Made by a program: the position numbers and the translations under genes. DNA of 64,000 nucleotides, from positions 1,222,280 through 1,286,279 of the forward strand of contig CBDCTP010000003.1 of the NCBI GenBank assembly GCA_965222265.1, written 5' to 3'. The DNA is from Vicinamibacterales bacterium (lineage in GTDB: Bacteria > Acidobacteriota > Vicinamibacteria > Vicinamibacterales > UBA8438). This document shows positions 35,815-45,424 of the stretch, piece by piece (positions within the stretch are counted from its first letter, which is position 1; every line of letters starts with the position of its first letter). Under the pieces are notes generated by a model. That model had not been told where the DNA came from. It worked only from the letters and a program-made list of their open reading frames with translations, and ran no database searches.

Positions 35815-38146
35815 CTACCAGTCGAAGTCGACGCCGGCCCCGGCGGCGCGCGGGTCGGCCATCCGTCCGTAGACTCCCGGCAGTCCGAACAGCCGCCCGT
35901 CGAACAGCGCCAACTCGTACTGGTCGTCGAGCAGGTTGGTGCCCCACAGATAGACGGACCATCTCGATCTTCCGTAGCCGACACGGCCGCTCAGGAGGCT
36001 GCGGCTCGAGACCTGGGTGAAGACCGGTGCCGAGATCTCGGTGTAGGCGTCGTCCGTGTAGCTGAACGTCCCGCTGGCGAACCAGCCGCCCGGGTCGCGC
36101 CAGCCGAGCCCGAAGGCGCCGTTCCAGGCCGGCGACTGGGGAAAGGCCCGGCCGGCGAGATCGTTGCCGTCGAGAACGAAGTCGATGAACTCCGAGTCGG
36201 TGACGCCCAGCGAAGCGAACATGTTCAGCGTGCTGGTGAAGTAGTACTCCGACTCGACCTCGACCCCGCGCAGCGCCGACCGCCCCGCGTTGGTGATGAG
36301 CGCGTCGAATCCGGGGAAGCCGCCTTCGGCCGTGTACGGGATCTGCTGCTCGCGCCAATCGATGGTGAAGACGTTCGCGTTCAGCGTCAGGCGGCCGTCG
36401 GCCGTCCGATGGCGGAAGAACAGCTCGTAGTTGTCGGTGAACTCCTCTCCGTACGCCTCCGCCACGCCGAGGAAGACCGCGAACGCAAAGCCTCCCGCCT
36501 TGTACCCGCGAGCGTACGAGACCCCGAGCGACGTGCTGGAAGTCAAGCTATAGGCGAACGACCCGGAGGGCAGCACCTGGCTGAAGGTCTTCTCGGCGCT
36601 CAAGTCGCTCATCAGCCCGTTGTTGTCGGCGAAGTTGTCGTTCCGCCGCGTCTCGCGGTTGAGTCGCACGCCTCCCGTCAGGAGCACGCGGTCGGTCACG
36701 GTCCACTCCGCGCGTCCGAACACCCCGAGCTGATCGACCTCTTCCAGCAGGCGGGTCTGCCGGTTGAAGGGCGCGACGCCGCCCATGCCGTCCGGGAAGA
36801 TCCCCGTGCCGTGGAATCCGAACGAGTAATCGCCCTCGGAATAGAAGAGACCGATCAGGCCGTCCACCCTCTCGCCCCGATACGCCGCGCGGACCTCCTG
36901 GCTGAGGATGGCGTCGTGTCCCGCGGCGTCGACGTTGAGGAAGTCGAACTGGGACAGATCCGCATCGAAGTTCTGCGTCAGGTCGAAACGGCTGTAGCCC
37001 GTGATGGCGTCGATCGCCCAACGGTCGTCGAGGGCGACGTGGGTCTCGAGATTCAGGAAGTCGAGCGTCGACGGGTACTGGTCCGGCCGGTTCCAGGGTT
37101 GCCGGCGGTCCTGCATGGTAATGCCCTCCGCCTCGTTGGCGACGACAAGGGCGAACGGGTTGGAGTCGGAGTCGTTGCGCAGCCAGGTGAAATCGAAGCG
37201 TACGCGGTCGTCGGCCCGGGGGCGGAGCGAGAGCTGCCCCCGGAACGTTCGCTCGTCGGTCCGCTGCACGTCGTCGTCCGCGGTGACCAGGTTGGTGGCC
37301 GCGCCCCGGGCGTAACGGTCCTCGACCGTCAGGCGGGCGGCGAGAACGTCGTCCACCAGCTCGGTGTTCTGCATGAACTGAACGCGCCGCGTGCCGAGCC
37401 CGCCCCCTTCGAGACGAACGCGGCCGCCGTAGCCGTCGAAGGCCGGCTTGTTGTAGTTGATGAGCACCGCGCCGATCAGCGAGTTGGGTCCCTGCAGGGT
37501 CGACTGCGGGCCGCGCAGGATCTCCACCGATCCGACGTCGAAGAGGGACGGGTTCAGGTAGTCCCCCGTGCGTGGGCCGACCGCCGTCTGATTCAACAGG
37601 ATGGAGGCGAGCGCATTGGCGTTGCCGAAGCCGCTGTCCAGGCCGTTGTTGTTGACGCCGCGGATGCTGTAGGCGCCGAACTGCGCGGTGCCGGTGAACG
37701 CGTTGGCGGTCCGGTTGAAGGCGAGTCGTTCCTCGCCCAGATACGCGACGCTGGTGCCGAACTCCTGCCGGCCGGTGTCGAGCTTGCTGCCGACGACGGT
37801 TACTTCATCCGAGAAACTGGCGAACTGCAGCACGGCGTCCAGTGCGGCGCCGTCCGGCACAGACACGGAGACGTCGTCTCGTTGCAGCGTCTCGAAGCCG
37901 GTCAGGGTGAACGAGACCGAGTAGTCGCCGGCCGGCAACCCGTCGAGGACGTAGCGTCCGTCGCCGTCGGTGACCGCCACCCGCGATCCGCCCGCGAGCC
38001 CGGGGCCGGCCGCCTCGACGGTCACGCCCGGCAGCACGCCGCCGGTCTGGTCGGCCACCGTGCCGGAGATTGGCCAGGTCCTGCGCGAGGGCGGGCATCG
38101 GCAAGGCCAGCAGGCAGGCCGTCAACGAGAGGCCAAGTTTCGTCAT
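35815..38146 (-). pseudogene. TonB-dependent receptor with a CarboxypepD_reg-like N-domain; frame break between the signal peptide and the mature protein
   Basis: RBS plus ATG at 38146 gives MTKLGLSLTACLLALPMPALAQDLANL.. in one frame. The mature protein (..SGTVADQTGGVLPGVTVEA..plug..barrel..GAGVDFDW) is in another frame. The switch is near 38060-38075. Confidence 0.8.
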
Positions 38147-38170
38147 GATGTCGTTTCCTTTGTCCCGCGG

Positions 38171-38732
38171 TCAGGCGAGCGGCAGCGGCAGTCGATCCAG
38201 GAGGTCGCGGTCGGCGTCGAGAAACGTCTTCGACGCCGCGAGCCGGAGGCTCGCGCCCCACGACTCGATCTCGCGCGGGTCGTCCGGTGGTGTCGAAGGC
38301 GATCCGGGCGCCGGGGAAGCGCTGCGCGATCTCCGCGATGGCGCGTCGGGCCTGCGGCGCATCGAGGTAGATGAGCACCGCCTCGGCCACGAATATCCAC
38401 GGTCCGCCGGTTGCCGCCACCGCGTCCATCCACGAGCTGTCGAGGACCGACGCGGCGACCATGGTCCGGCGCGGCTCGTCGTCGAAGAAGCGCCGCCGGA
38501 GGGCGATCGCGTCTGGCAGGTCGAGGTCGAACCGGCGCACACGACCGTTGTCGACCCGGTCGAAGCGGGTGTCGAGGCCGCAGCCGATCTCGACGACGGT
38601 GCCCCGGGGATGCGCGGCCAGGAAGTCCTCCACGTAGCGGTCGAACATCCGTGCGCGGAGCATCGCGCCCTTCAGGCTGCGTCCGCCCTCCCACTTCGCG
38701 AAGTCGTAGTCCGGCTTGACGGGCTTCGTCAT
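38171..38732 (-). pseudogene. Class I SAM-dependent (leucine-carboxyl/polyketide O-methyltransferase-like) methyltransferase with an internal deletion and frameshift
   Basis: MTKPVKPDYDFAKWEG..VVEIGCGLDTRFDR..IFVAEAVLIYL..ARIAFDTT then jumps frame to PDDPREIESWGASLRL..DRLPLPLA*. The stop is 25 nt before the TonB receptor start. The junction is near 38285-38292. Confidence 0.6.
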
Positions 38733-39041
38733 TGGACGTTCTCTGGGAGCGCGATGCGCGCTGCCGCGTTTGCGCCAGCCATTCCGATCACCGCCCTGTC
38801 TCCACGGCCGGGCCGAGGCCTGCTCCGGGTCGGCTCGCGACCGGGGCCGACGAAGAACATGCCGTTGACCGGCGGCGGGCCGTGCCAACAGTCGGAGGTG
38901 GTCAGCGAGTTGCCGGTCGGCGCGACCGGATGCGCCGCGTCACCGCGAAGATCGAGCCACTCGTGCGCGCGCGTGTCTGACACCACCGCTGAGACGGAGC
39001 GTTGTGACGTGCGTGTGAGTCGCGAACGAGCGGGATAGGGA

Positions 39042-39323
39042 TTACGCGGGTGGGCCGCGCGTGGACTGCATGTCGACGACGGCGCCCTGTTCGCCTCGCG
39101 GGTAAGCGGACGGGACGCCGTGCGCGACGAGGTCCGGCGCGGATGGCGCGGGAACTCTGTCCGTTTGAACCGCCGACAGATGCCGGAAGTGACAGGCAGT
39201 GCAGTCGGTGTGGCCGGCGGGCTCCGTGTCGGGGCCGTGCCCGTGGCTGGTGGTGCTCGTCGCAACGAGCGCCACCAGCATCAGCAGCGCCGCCGTGACC
39301 GCCGCCGCCGGCTTCAATGGCAC
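39042..39323 (-). CDS. Small membrane-anchored His-rich protein with a CxxCH motif (hypothetical)
   Basis: ..PLKPAAAVTAALLMLVALVATSTTSHGHGPDTEPAGHTDCTACHFRH.. with high GC3. GGAG lies 6 nt upstream of the GTG at 39323. The listed ORF starts earlier, at TTG 39362. Confidence 0.45.
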   Translation of the reverse strand: MPLKPAAAVTAALLMLVALVATSTTSHGHGPDTEPAGHTDCTACHFRHLSAVQTDRVPAPSAPDLVAHGVPSAYPRGEQGAVVDMQSTRGPPA

Positions 39324-39532
39324 CACGAACTCCACTAGACCAGAAGCGCCCGACGCAGTCAAGGGCGGGGTGGCCGTCGTTCGCCCGGCGAGGCCGACGT
39401 GATGTTCATTCAGGCCACCGCTGGGACATCGGCCGCATCCTGCGTCGCCGTTGCCTCCCGGTCCAGGCGCAGGTTCGCCTCTCGCGTGCCCGAACGCGCA
39501 CGGAAGGGCTCGGAACAGGGATCGCGATTCAA

Positions 39533-39548
39533 CCCCACGAAAGTGGGG
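39533..39548 (-). terminator. Candidate stem-loop downstream of the PQQ dehydrogenase
   Basis: On the minus strand, CCCCAC-tttc-GTGGGG is followed by ttgaat. It has a 6-bp GC stem and a weak U tract. Confidence 0.3.
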
Positions 39549-39589
39549 ATTCGTCGGCCCTCTACGGACTACTACGGAACGCTATCATG

Positions 39590-41344
39590 CTACGGCAGCG
39601 CGAAGACGAAGATGCTGTTGCCCGTCGGCGGATGGCGCTTTTCGGGCGTCAGGTCCTGCGGCACCAGGTTGTTCCAGCTCGCGCCGCCGGTGCCGACCGG
39701 CACCGCCAGGTACTGCTTGCCGTCGACCGCGTAGGAGATGGGGAAGCCCTGCACCGAGGTGGGCAGCCGCGTCTGCCAGAGGATGTCGCCGTTGCGGGCG
39801 TCGTGGACGTAGAGGTGCCGGTCCCAGTCGCCCGCCACGGCGAGCCCGCCGTCCGTCGTCAGGGCCGCCGTGTTGATCGGCGTCCGGGTCCGGTGGCGCC
39901 ACAGGACCTCGCCGGTCCGCAGACTCATGGCCACGAGCTCGCCGATGTGCTCGGGGCTGCGCGGATGGAAGTGGTTGGTCCGGCGCACCGGCCCGACGCC
40001 GCCGCCGCCCTCGCGCTTCTCGACCGGACCGAAGACGCCGGTCTCGCAGTTGAGGGTCAGCGGGATGTAGAAGGCCTCGGTGACGGGGCTGTACGACATG
40101 GCGCGCCAGCTCTTGAAGCCCGACGTGCTGGGGCACCAGTGGATCTCCTCGCCGATGTCCTGGATCATGCCGTCGCGGTAGACGGCTTCCCCGGTCACGG
40201 GGTCGATGTCGACGAGCGTCTGGTAGCCGAGATCGTGCGCGGCGCGGAACTGGCCGGTCTCGCGGTCGAGCTCCCACAGCACGGCGATCTTGCCCATGGT
40301 GAAGACCGACTGCCGGTCGTCGTAGTCGACCAGGATGCGTTCGAACACCTCGTCCATGTCGTGCGACTCGCCCGGCAGGTGCTGGAAGTACCACTTCAGC
40401 TCGCCGGTCAGCGGATCGAGGGCCAGCGTCGAGTTGGTGTACAGGGCCGAGCCGTCGGTGCCGCGCACGGCGCGCGCCCAGGGCTTGGCCTGCGCCGTGC
40501 CGAAGAACAGCGTCTGCGCGCGCGGATCGTAGCTGCCCGGGATCCACGCATCGGAGCCGGCGCGGAACATCACCGGCAGGTCGCCCCAGGAGTCGCCGCC
40601 GCGCTCGCCCGGCCGCGCCACCGTCGAGGTGCGCCACAACTCGCGGCCCGTGTCGGCGTCGAGGGCCACGATGTAGCACGTGTCGTCCCGATAGCGCTCG
40701 CAGCCGGTGAGGCCGGAGACCACCTTGCCGTCGGCGATGATCGACCCGCTCGTGTACTCGTAGCCCGCGGCGCCCCCGACGTCGGAATCCCAGACCTCGT
40801 CGCCGGTGCGCGCGTCCAGAGCCACCACGTGCGCGTCGGAGGTGTTCAGGTAGATCTTGTCCTGGTAGATGGCGAGGTTGCGGTGCTGCAGGTTCGGCGG
40901 CGGTCCGCCCGCGTCGGTCGGCGTCCGCGGGCGCCGGTACTCCCACAGCAGCTCGCCGGTGCCGGCGTCGAGGGCCTGCACCCGCTCGCCCGGGTTCGCG
41001 ATGTACATGACGCCGTCGTAGACCAGCGGCGTCGTCTGCTGCGACCCCTCGGCCAGCGCCCAGCTCCAGGCCAGGCGCAGCTCGTGCGCGTTGTCGGGCG
41101 TGATCTGGTCGAGCGGGCTGTGGCCCCAGGCGTCGAGGGTGCGCCGCCAGTGCAGCCAGTCGGCCGGATCGGGGTTCTGCAGAACGGCGTCGGTGACCGG
41201 GGCGAAGTCGTCGAACGCCTGCGCCCGCGCCCCCTCCGGCGCGCCGCACGCCGCGACGGCTACGGCAACGCAGAGCACCGCACGCCGGACGCGGCGGAAC
41301 GGGTGTGAGCGGGTCTGTGCGGCGGGCGGCTGCGGGCTCGTCAT
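39590..41344 (-). CDS. PQQ-dependent dehydrogenase (methanol/ethanol quinoprotein family), secreted
   Basis: Signal peptide, then VTDAVLQNPDPADWLHWRRTLDAWGHSPLDQIT..LRLAWSW..QTTPLVYDGVMY and repeated W-docking beta-propeller blades. Confidence 0.9.
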   Translation of the reverse strand: MTSPQPPAAQTRSHPFRRVRRAVLCVAVAVAACGAPEGARAQAFDDFAPVTDAVLQNPDPADWLHWRRTLDAWGHSPLDQITPDNAHELRLAWSWALAEGSQQTTPLVYDGVMYIANPGERVQALDAGTGELLWEYRRPRTPTDAGGPPPNLQHRNLAIYQDKIYLNTSDAHVVALDARTGDEVWDSDVGGAAGYEYTSGSIIADGKVVSGLTGCERYRDDTCYIVALDADTGRELWRTSTVARPGERGGDSWGDLPVMFRAGSDAWIPGSYDPRAQTLFFGTAQAKPWARAVRGTDGSALYTNSTLALDPLTGELKWYFQHLPGESHDMDEVFERILVDYDDRQSVFTMGKIAVLWELDRETGQFRAAHDLGYQTLVDIDPVTGEAVYRDGMIQDIGEEIHWCPSTSGFKSWRAMSYSPVTEAFYIPLTLNCETGVFGPVEKREGGGGVGPVRRTNHFHPRSPEHIGELVAMSLRTGEVLWRHRTRTPINTAALTTDGGLAVAGDWDRHLYVHDARNGDILWQTRLPTSVQGFPISYAVDGKQYLAVPVGTGGASWNNLVPQDLTPEKRHPPTGNSIFVFALP

Positions 41345-41475
41345 CGTCGATCCTCCGTCGGTGCGTTTGCGGAACGGCGCACACTATACCACCTGAGTGC
41401 CGGGCGTCCCGGCGCGGCCGCGGCACGGCGGCGCACGTGCGAGGGGCACCCCGTTGACGTATTCTGGTAGGCCGC

Positions 41476-43803
41476 GTGCCGATTTCGCGGGTCGTCGTGT
41501 CTGCGGGTTCCGGGTCGACCGTGCGCGCCGCACCGGTCCGGTTCGTGGCCTGTGTCGTCGTCGCCGCGATCTGCGCTGCGGCGGATGCCCGCGCCCAGCC
41601 GCCGCGGGCCGGGCTCGGGCCGGTCGGCGCGCGGGCCGTGGCGGCCGTCGAAGCCCCGGTCGCGCCGATGCTCGACGGCGTGGTGCTGGGCGATCCGGCC
41701 TGGGACGGCGCCGTGCCCGGCACGGGGTTCGTGCAGACGCAGCCCGACGAGGGGCAGCCGGCGTCGGAGCGCACGGAGGTCCGCATCGTCTTCACGGGCG
41801 ACACGCTCTACTTCGGCGTCGTCTGCTACGACCGCGACCCGGCGTCGATCATCGTCACCGACAGCCGCCGAGACTCGTCGCTGGCCGACAGCGACAGCTT
41901 CCAGATCATCCTGGACACGTTCTTCGATCGGCAGAACGGGTTCGTCTTCGGCACCAGCCCGTCGGGGCAGGAGTACGACGGGCAGCTCGTCAACGAGGGA
42001 GCGGGCGGCAGCGGCATGGGCCGCGGCGGCCAGACCGAGGGCGCCGGGGGCGGCTTCAACCAGAACTGGGACGGCGTCTGGCAGGTGCGCACGACCATCT
42101 CCGAGGTCGGCTGGAGCGCGGAGTTCGCCATTCCCTTCCGCACGCTCCGCTTCCCGGCCGGGCGCGAGCAGCGCTGGGGCGTCAACTTTCAGCGCAACAT
42201 CCGGCGCCGCAACGAGTCGGCGTACTGGGCGCCGCTGCCGCGCCAGTTCGACCTGTTCCGCGTCTCCCTGGCGGGGCAGTTGACGGACGTCCAGGCGCCC
42301 GAGGGACTCTGGCGCACGCTGCAGCTCACCCCGTACGTCATCGGCGAGGCAATCGGCCGCGCCGACCGGCCGGCGGCCGGCGTCGAGGCGCTCGGCAATT
42401 TCGGCGGCGACCTGAAGTACGGCGTCACCTCCGGGCTCGCGCTGGATCTCACCTACAATACCGACTTCGCGCAGGTCGAGGTGGACGAGCAGCAGATCAA
42501 CCTCGACCGCTTCAACCTGTTCTTTCCCGAGAAACGCCCCTTCTTCCTGGAGAACGCCGGCGCCTTCACGGTGAGCAACAGCGGCGGCGCGGTGTTCAAC
42601 GATCCGGGCCAGACGGAGCTCTTCTTCAGCCGGCGCATCGGCATAGACGCGGCCGGGCAGGCCATTCCGATCCTGGCGGGCGCGCGGCTCTCGGGGCGGG
42701 TCTCCGAGAACGTCACCGTCGGCTTCCTGAACATGCAGACCGAGACCGTCGATGGACGGACGCCGGCCAACAACTTCACCGTGGCGCGGCTCCGGCGCGA
42801 CCTGCCGAACCGTTCGAGCATCGGCGGGCTGCTCGTGAGCCGGCAGGCGACGGGGGAGCGGGCCGGCGCCGACGACCACAACCGGACCTACGCCTTCGAC
42901 GGCCGCTGGGGCTTCGGGCAGAACGGGCTGGTCTCCGGGTTCGCGGCGCGGACCGAGACGCCGGGGCTCGCCGGCCGGGACCACGCGTTCGACGTGGCCG
43001 TGGACTACAACACGGAGGCCTGGCGCCTGCGCGGCAGCATCATGGAGATGGGGGAGCACTTCAACCCGGAGGTGGGGTTCGTGCGGCGCACCGGGTTCCG
43101 CAAGATCGACGCGGGCGTCTTCAACACGTCGCGGCCGCCCGACAACTTCCTGCAGATCCAGGAGGTCCAGCCCCACGTCACCTTCAACCGGTTCTGGAGC
43201 ATCGACAGCGGCTTCGTCGAGACCTCGCTGCTGCACATGGACAACTTCTGGGAGTTCGATGACAGCTCGGTGGCCATCACCGCCTGGAACATCCGCAAGG
43301 AAGGCGTCACCCGCGAGTTCACGATCTCCGGCGTGCCGGTGCCGCCCGGATCCTACGACTGGCACGAGCTCAGCCTGAACTACAACTCGGACCGGTCGGC
43401 CCCGGTCGGCTACGGGTTCCGGTTCCAGCAGAGCGGGTTCTTCGGCGGCCGGCTGCAGGTGGCGGGTCCGTCGGCCCACTTCCGGCGCGGCGAGGCGCTG
43501 AACGTGGAGCTGCGGTGGACCCGCAACGACATCGACCTGCCGGCTGGACACGTCGTCACGAACCTGGCGTCGAGCCGCATCGCCTACAACTTCTCGCCGC
43601 GCGTGTTCGCCCAGGGGCTGCTGCAGTACAATGACAGCGCCGATCTCTGGTCGGTCAACTTGCGCTTCGGTTGGCTGCAGGACGCCAACACCGGCCTGTT
43701 CGTCGTCTACAACCAGACGGACGGCCTCGCCGACTACATCCCGGTGGGCAGCGGCCGGAGCGTGATCCTCAAGTACACCCACCTGTTCGATCTGCTGCGG
43801 TAG
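41476..43803 (+). CDS. DUF5916 / carbohydrate-binding family 9-like outer-membrane protein
   Basis: APVAPMLDGVVLGDPAWDGA..GFVQTQPDEGQPASERTEVRIVFTGDTLYFGVVCYD..SDSFQIILDTFFDRQNGFVFGTSP matches the CBM9-like N-domain followed by a long beta-rich region. GTG start. Confidence 0.75.
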   Translation: MPISRVVVSAGSGSTVRAAPVRFVACVVVAAICAAADARAQPPRAGLGPVGARAVAAVEAPVAPMLDGVVLGDPAWDGAVPGTGFVQTQPDEGQPASERTEVRIVFTGDTLYFGVVCYDRDPASIIVTDSRRDSSLADSDSFQIILDTFFDRQNGFVFGTSPSGQEYDGQLVNEGAGGSGMGRGGQTEGAGGGFNQNWDGVWQVRTTISEVGWSAEFAIPFRTLRFPAGREQRWGVNFQRNIRRRNESAYWAPLPRQFDLFRVSLAGQLTDVQAPEGLWRTLQLTPYVIGEAIGRADRPAAGVEALGNFGGDLKYGVTSGLALDLTYNTDFAQVEVDEQQINLDRFNLFFPEKRPFFLENAGAFTVSNSGGAVFNDPGQTELFFSRRIGIDAAGQAIPILAGARLSGRVSENVTVGFLNMQTETVDGRTPANNFTVARLRRDLPNRSSIGGLLVSRQATGERAGADDHNRTYAFDGRWGFGQNGLVSGFAARTETPGLAGRDHAFDVAVDYNTEAWRLRGSIMEMGEHFNPEVGFVRRTGFRKIDAGVFNTSRPPDNFLQIQEVQPHVTFNRFWSIDSGFVETSLLHMDNFWEFDDSSVAITAWNIRKEGVTREFTISGVPVPPGSYDWHELSLNYNSDRSAPVGYGFRFQQSGFFGGRLQVAGPSAHFRRGEALNVELRWTRNDIDLPAGHVVTNLASSRIAYNFSPRVFAQGLLQYNDSADLWSVNLRFGWLQDANTGLFVVYNQTDGLADYIPVGSGRSVILKYTHLFDLLR

Positions 43804-43916
43804 AGGCTGGCGGCCCGCGGCGAAACCCCGCGTCGAAGGCACCGGGGCCTTTGCCGCGGGCTGCTATACTCGGCATTCCCGGTCGACGGCCGGGGCGAGG
43901 TGTGAAGGGGGCGACG

Positions 43917-44771
43917 ATGAAGGCAAGTGGATGGAGCGCGTTGTTCGTGGCGGCGCTGCTGCTGCTGGCTGCCGCTCAGCCGGCTTCCGCGCAGTCCTCG
44001 TGGGCCAGCGAAGGCCCGGTCGTGCATGGGCACCACCACCTGAACGTGACGGACCGCGCGGCCCACGAGCGGTTCTGGCGCGACACGCTGGGCGGCGTCC
44101 CGACGCCGTGGCGCGACGTCCACGTCTTCAAGTTCCCCGACGCGCTGGTCTTCCTCACGGACCGCGAGCCGACGGGCGGCACCATCGGCTCGGCGCTGAA
44201 CCACATCGGCATGTGGGTGCCGGACACGCGCGCCATGCTCGACAGGGTGGAGGCCGCCGGCTACCCGGTCATCACCGCGCAGGAGCGGCCGAACGCCGAC
44301 GTGCAGGACGGCATGATCTGCTCCGAGAGCCAGAACACGTGCATCGCGTACGTCCTGGCGCCGGACGACGTCAAGGTGGAGCTGGTCGAGAGCCGGGGCC
44401 AGAGCGAGCCGATCCGCAACCACCACCTCCACTTCTTCACGAGCGACGTCGATGCGATGCGCGACTGGTACGTGCAGACCTTCGGCGCCGTGCCCGGCAT
44501 GAACGGGCGGTTCAAGGTGGCCGATCTGCCGGGCGTCAACATCCGGTTCTCGGAGGCGGACGGCGAGGCGGCCCCCATCCGTGGCCGGAGCTACGACCAC
44601 ATCGGCTTCGAGGTGGACGGCCTCGGAGCGTTCTGCGAGCGGCTCGAGGCGCAGGGCATCACGCTCGACCGCCCCTATACCCGCATCGACGAGCTGAACA
44701 TCGCCATCGCGTTCCTCACCGATCCGTGGGGCATCAACATCGAGCTGACGGAAGGTCTGGACAACTACTAG
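43917..44771 (+). CDS. Secreted VOC-family (glyoxalase/bleomycin-resistance/dioxygenase) protein, two-module
   Basis: Signal peptide (..LLAAAQPASAQ). Two VOC modules carry the metal-ligand-like residues HHLNV..H..E and HHLHF..DHIGFEV..E. Confidence 0.75.
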   Translation: MKASGWSALFVAALLLLAAAQPASAQSSWASEGPVVHGHHHLNVTDRAAHERFWRDTLGGVPTPWRDVHVFKFPDALVFLTDREPTGGTIGSALNHIGMWVPDTRAMLDRVEAAGYPVITAQERPNADVQDGMICSESQNTCIAYVLAPDDVKVELVESRGQSEPIRNHHLHFFTSDVDAMRDWYVQTFGAVPGMNGRFKVADLPGVNIRFSEADGEAAPIRGRSYDHIGFEVDGLGAFCERLEAQGITLDRPYTRIDELNIAIAFLTDPWGINIELTEGLDNY

Positions 44772-44804
44772 GCGCGCGGCGCCGATCGACTCAGGGGGAA
44801 CGCG

Positions 44805-45218
44805 ATGGGATGCACCAGAGCAATCGTCGCTGGCGTCGCGTTGCTGAGCCTTGCGGCCGTCCCCGCCGCGGCCCAGCGGCCGATCCCCAACGTCAACGAC
44901 GGAAACGCCCTGGCCCGCGAGTGCGGCGCGGCGATCAATCAGGCCGACGGCGGCCCCGTCGACCCGGACCGCGACGAGATGGAGCGGGGCAGCGACATGG
45001 GCCAGTGCCTCGGCTTGGTCACCGGCGTGTGGCATACCCACATGATCATGGTGGACGACTTCAACAGCCGCGAGGCGTTCTGCGCCACCGAAACGATCAG
45101 CGCCGGCGGGATGGCGCGGATAGTCGATGCCTATCTCAAGGACAATCCAGCCGAGCTGACCATGTGGGATACGGTGCTGATCCTGCGCGCGTTCGTCGAC
45201 GCGTTTCCGTGCCGGTAG
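44805..45218 (+). CDS. Secreted Rap1a/Tai4-like (T6SS amidase-effector immunity-like) protein
   Basis: Signal peptide. Four Cys are arranged as ..ARECG..GQCLGLVTGV..FCATETISAGGMARIVDAYLKDNPAEL..LRAFVDAFPC. This is the pattern I recall for the Rap1a immunity family. Confidence 0.45.
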   Translation: MGCTRAIVAGVALLSLAAVPAAAQRPIPNVNDGNALARECGAAINQADGGPVDPDRDEMERGSDMGQCLGLVTGVWHTHMIMVDDFNSREAFCATETISAGGMARIVDAYLKDNPAELTMWDTVLILRAFVDAFPCR

Positions 45219-45424
45219 CGCCGTAGCGCGCCCATGCCACGCGAGCTGCATCGCTCTCGTTGCGATCAGGGTCTGCGAAAACGCGGCCATGAGCCGAGTT
45301 CAACTGGCAGCGGGCGTCAGCCCAGGCAATCGAGGATGCGTACGCGCGAGCGATGGAGCTGTTACCCGGCGAGCAACGCTTCGTGGAGGAGTTGCGCGCG
45401 GCCACGCCGGTCCGGTCCTGAACC

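Noticed and set aside
38839-38968. Protein-like peptide in the gap between the O-methyltransferase and the CxxCH ORF (..HEWLDLRGDAAHPVAPTGNSLTTSDCWHGPPPVNGMFFVGPG..)
   Set aside because: It is part of a 178-aa minus-strand ORF whose remainder is low-complexity and overlaps the CxxCH ORF in another frame. The C-to-GM spacing vaguely recalls multicopper-oxidase C-termini, but the His ligands are missing. It may be a gene relic, and I cannot support a call.
45290-45421. Short plus-strand frame ending ..AQAIEDAYARAMELLPGEQRFVEELRAATPVRS*
   Set aside because: There is no usable start codon upstream (a stop lies ~43 codons before the end), and I recognise no family. It is possibly the 3' remnant of a lost gene.
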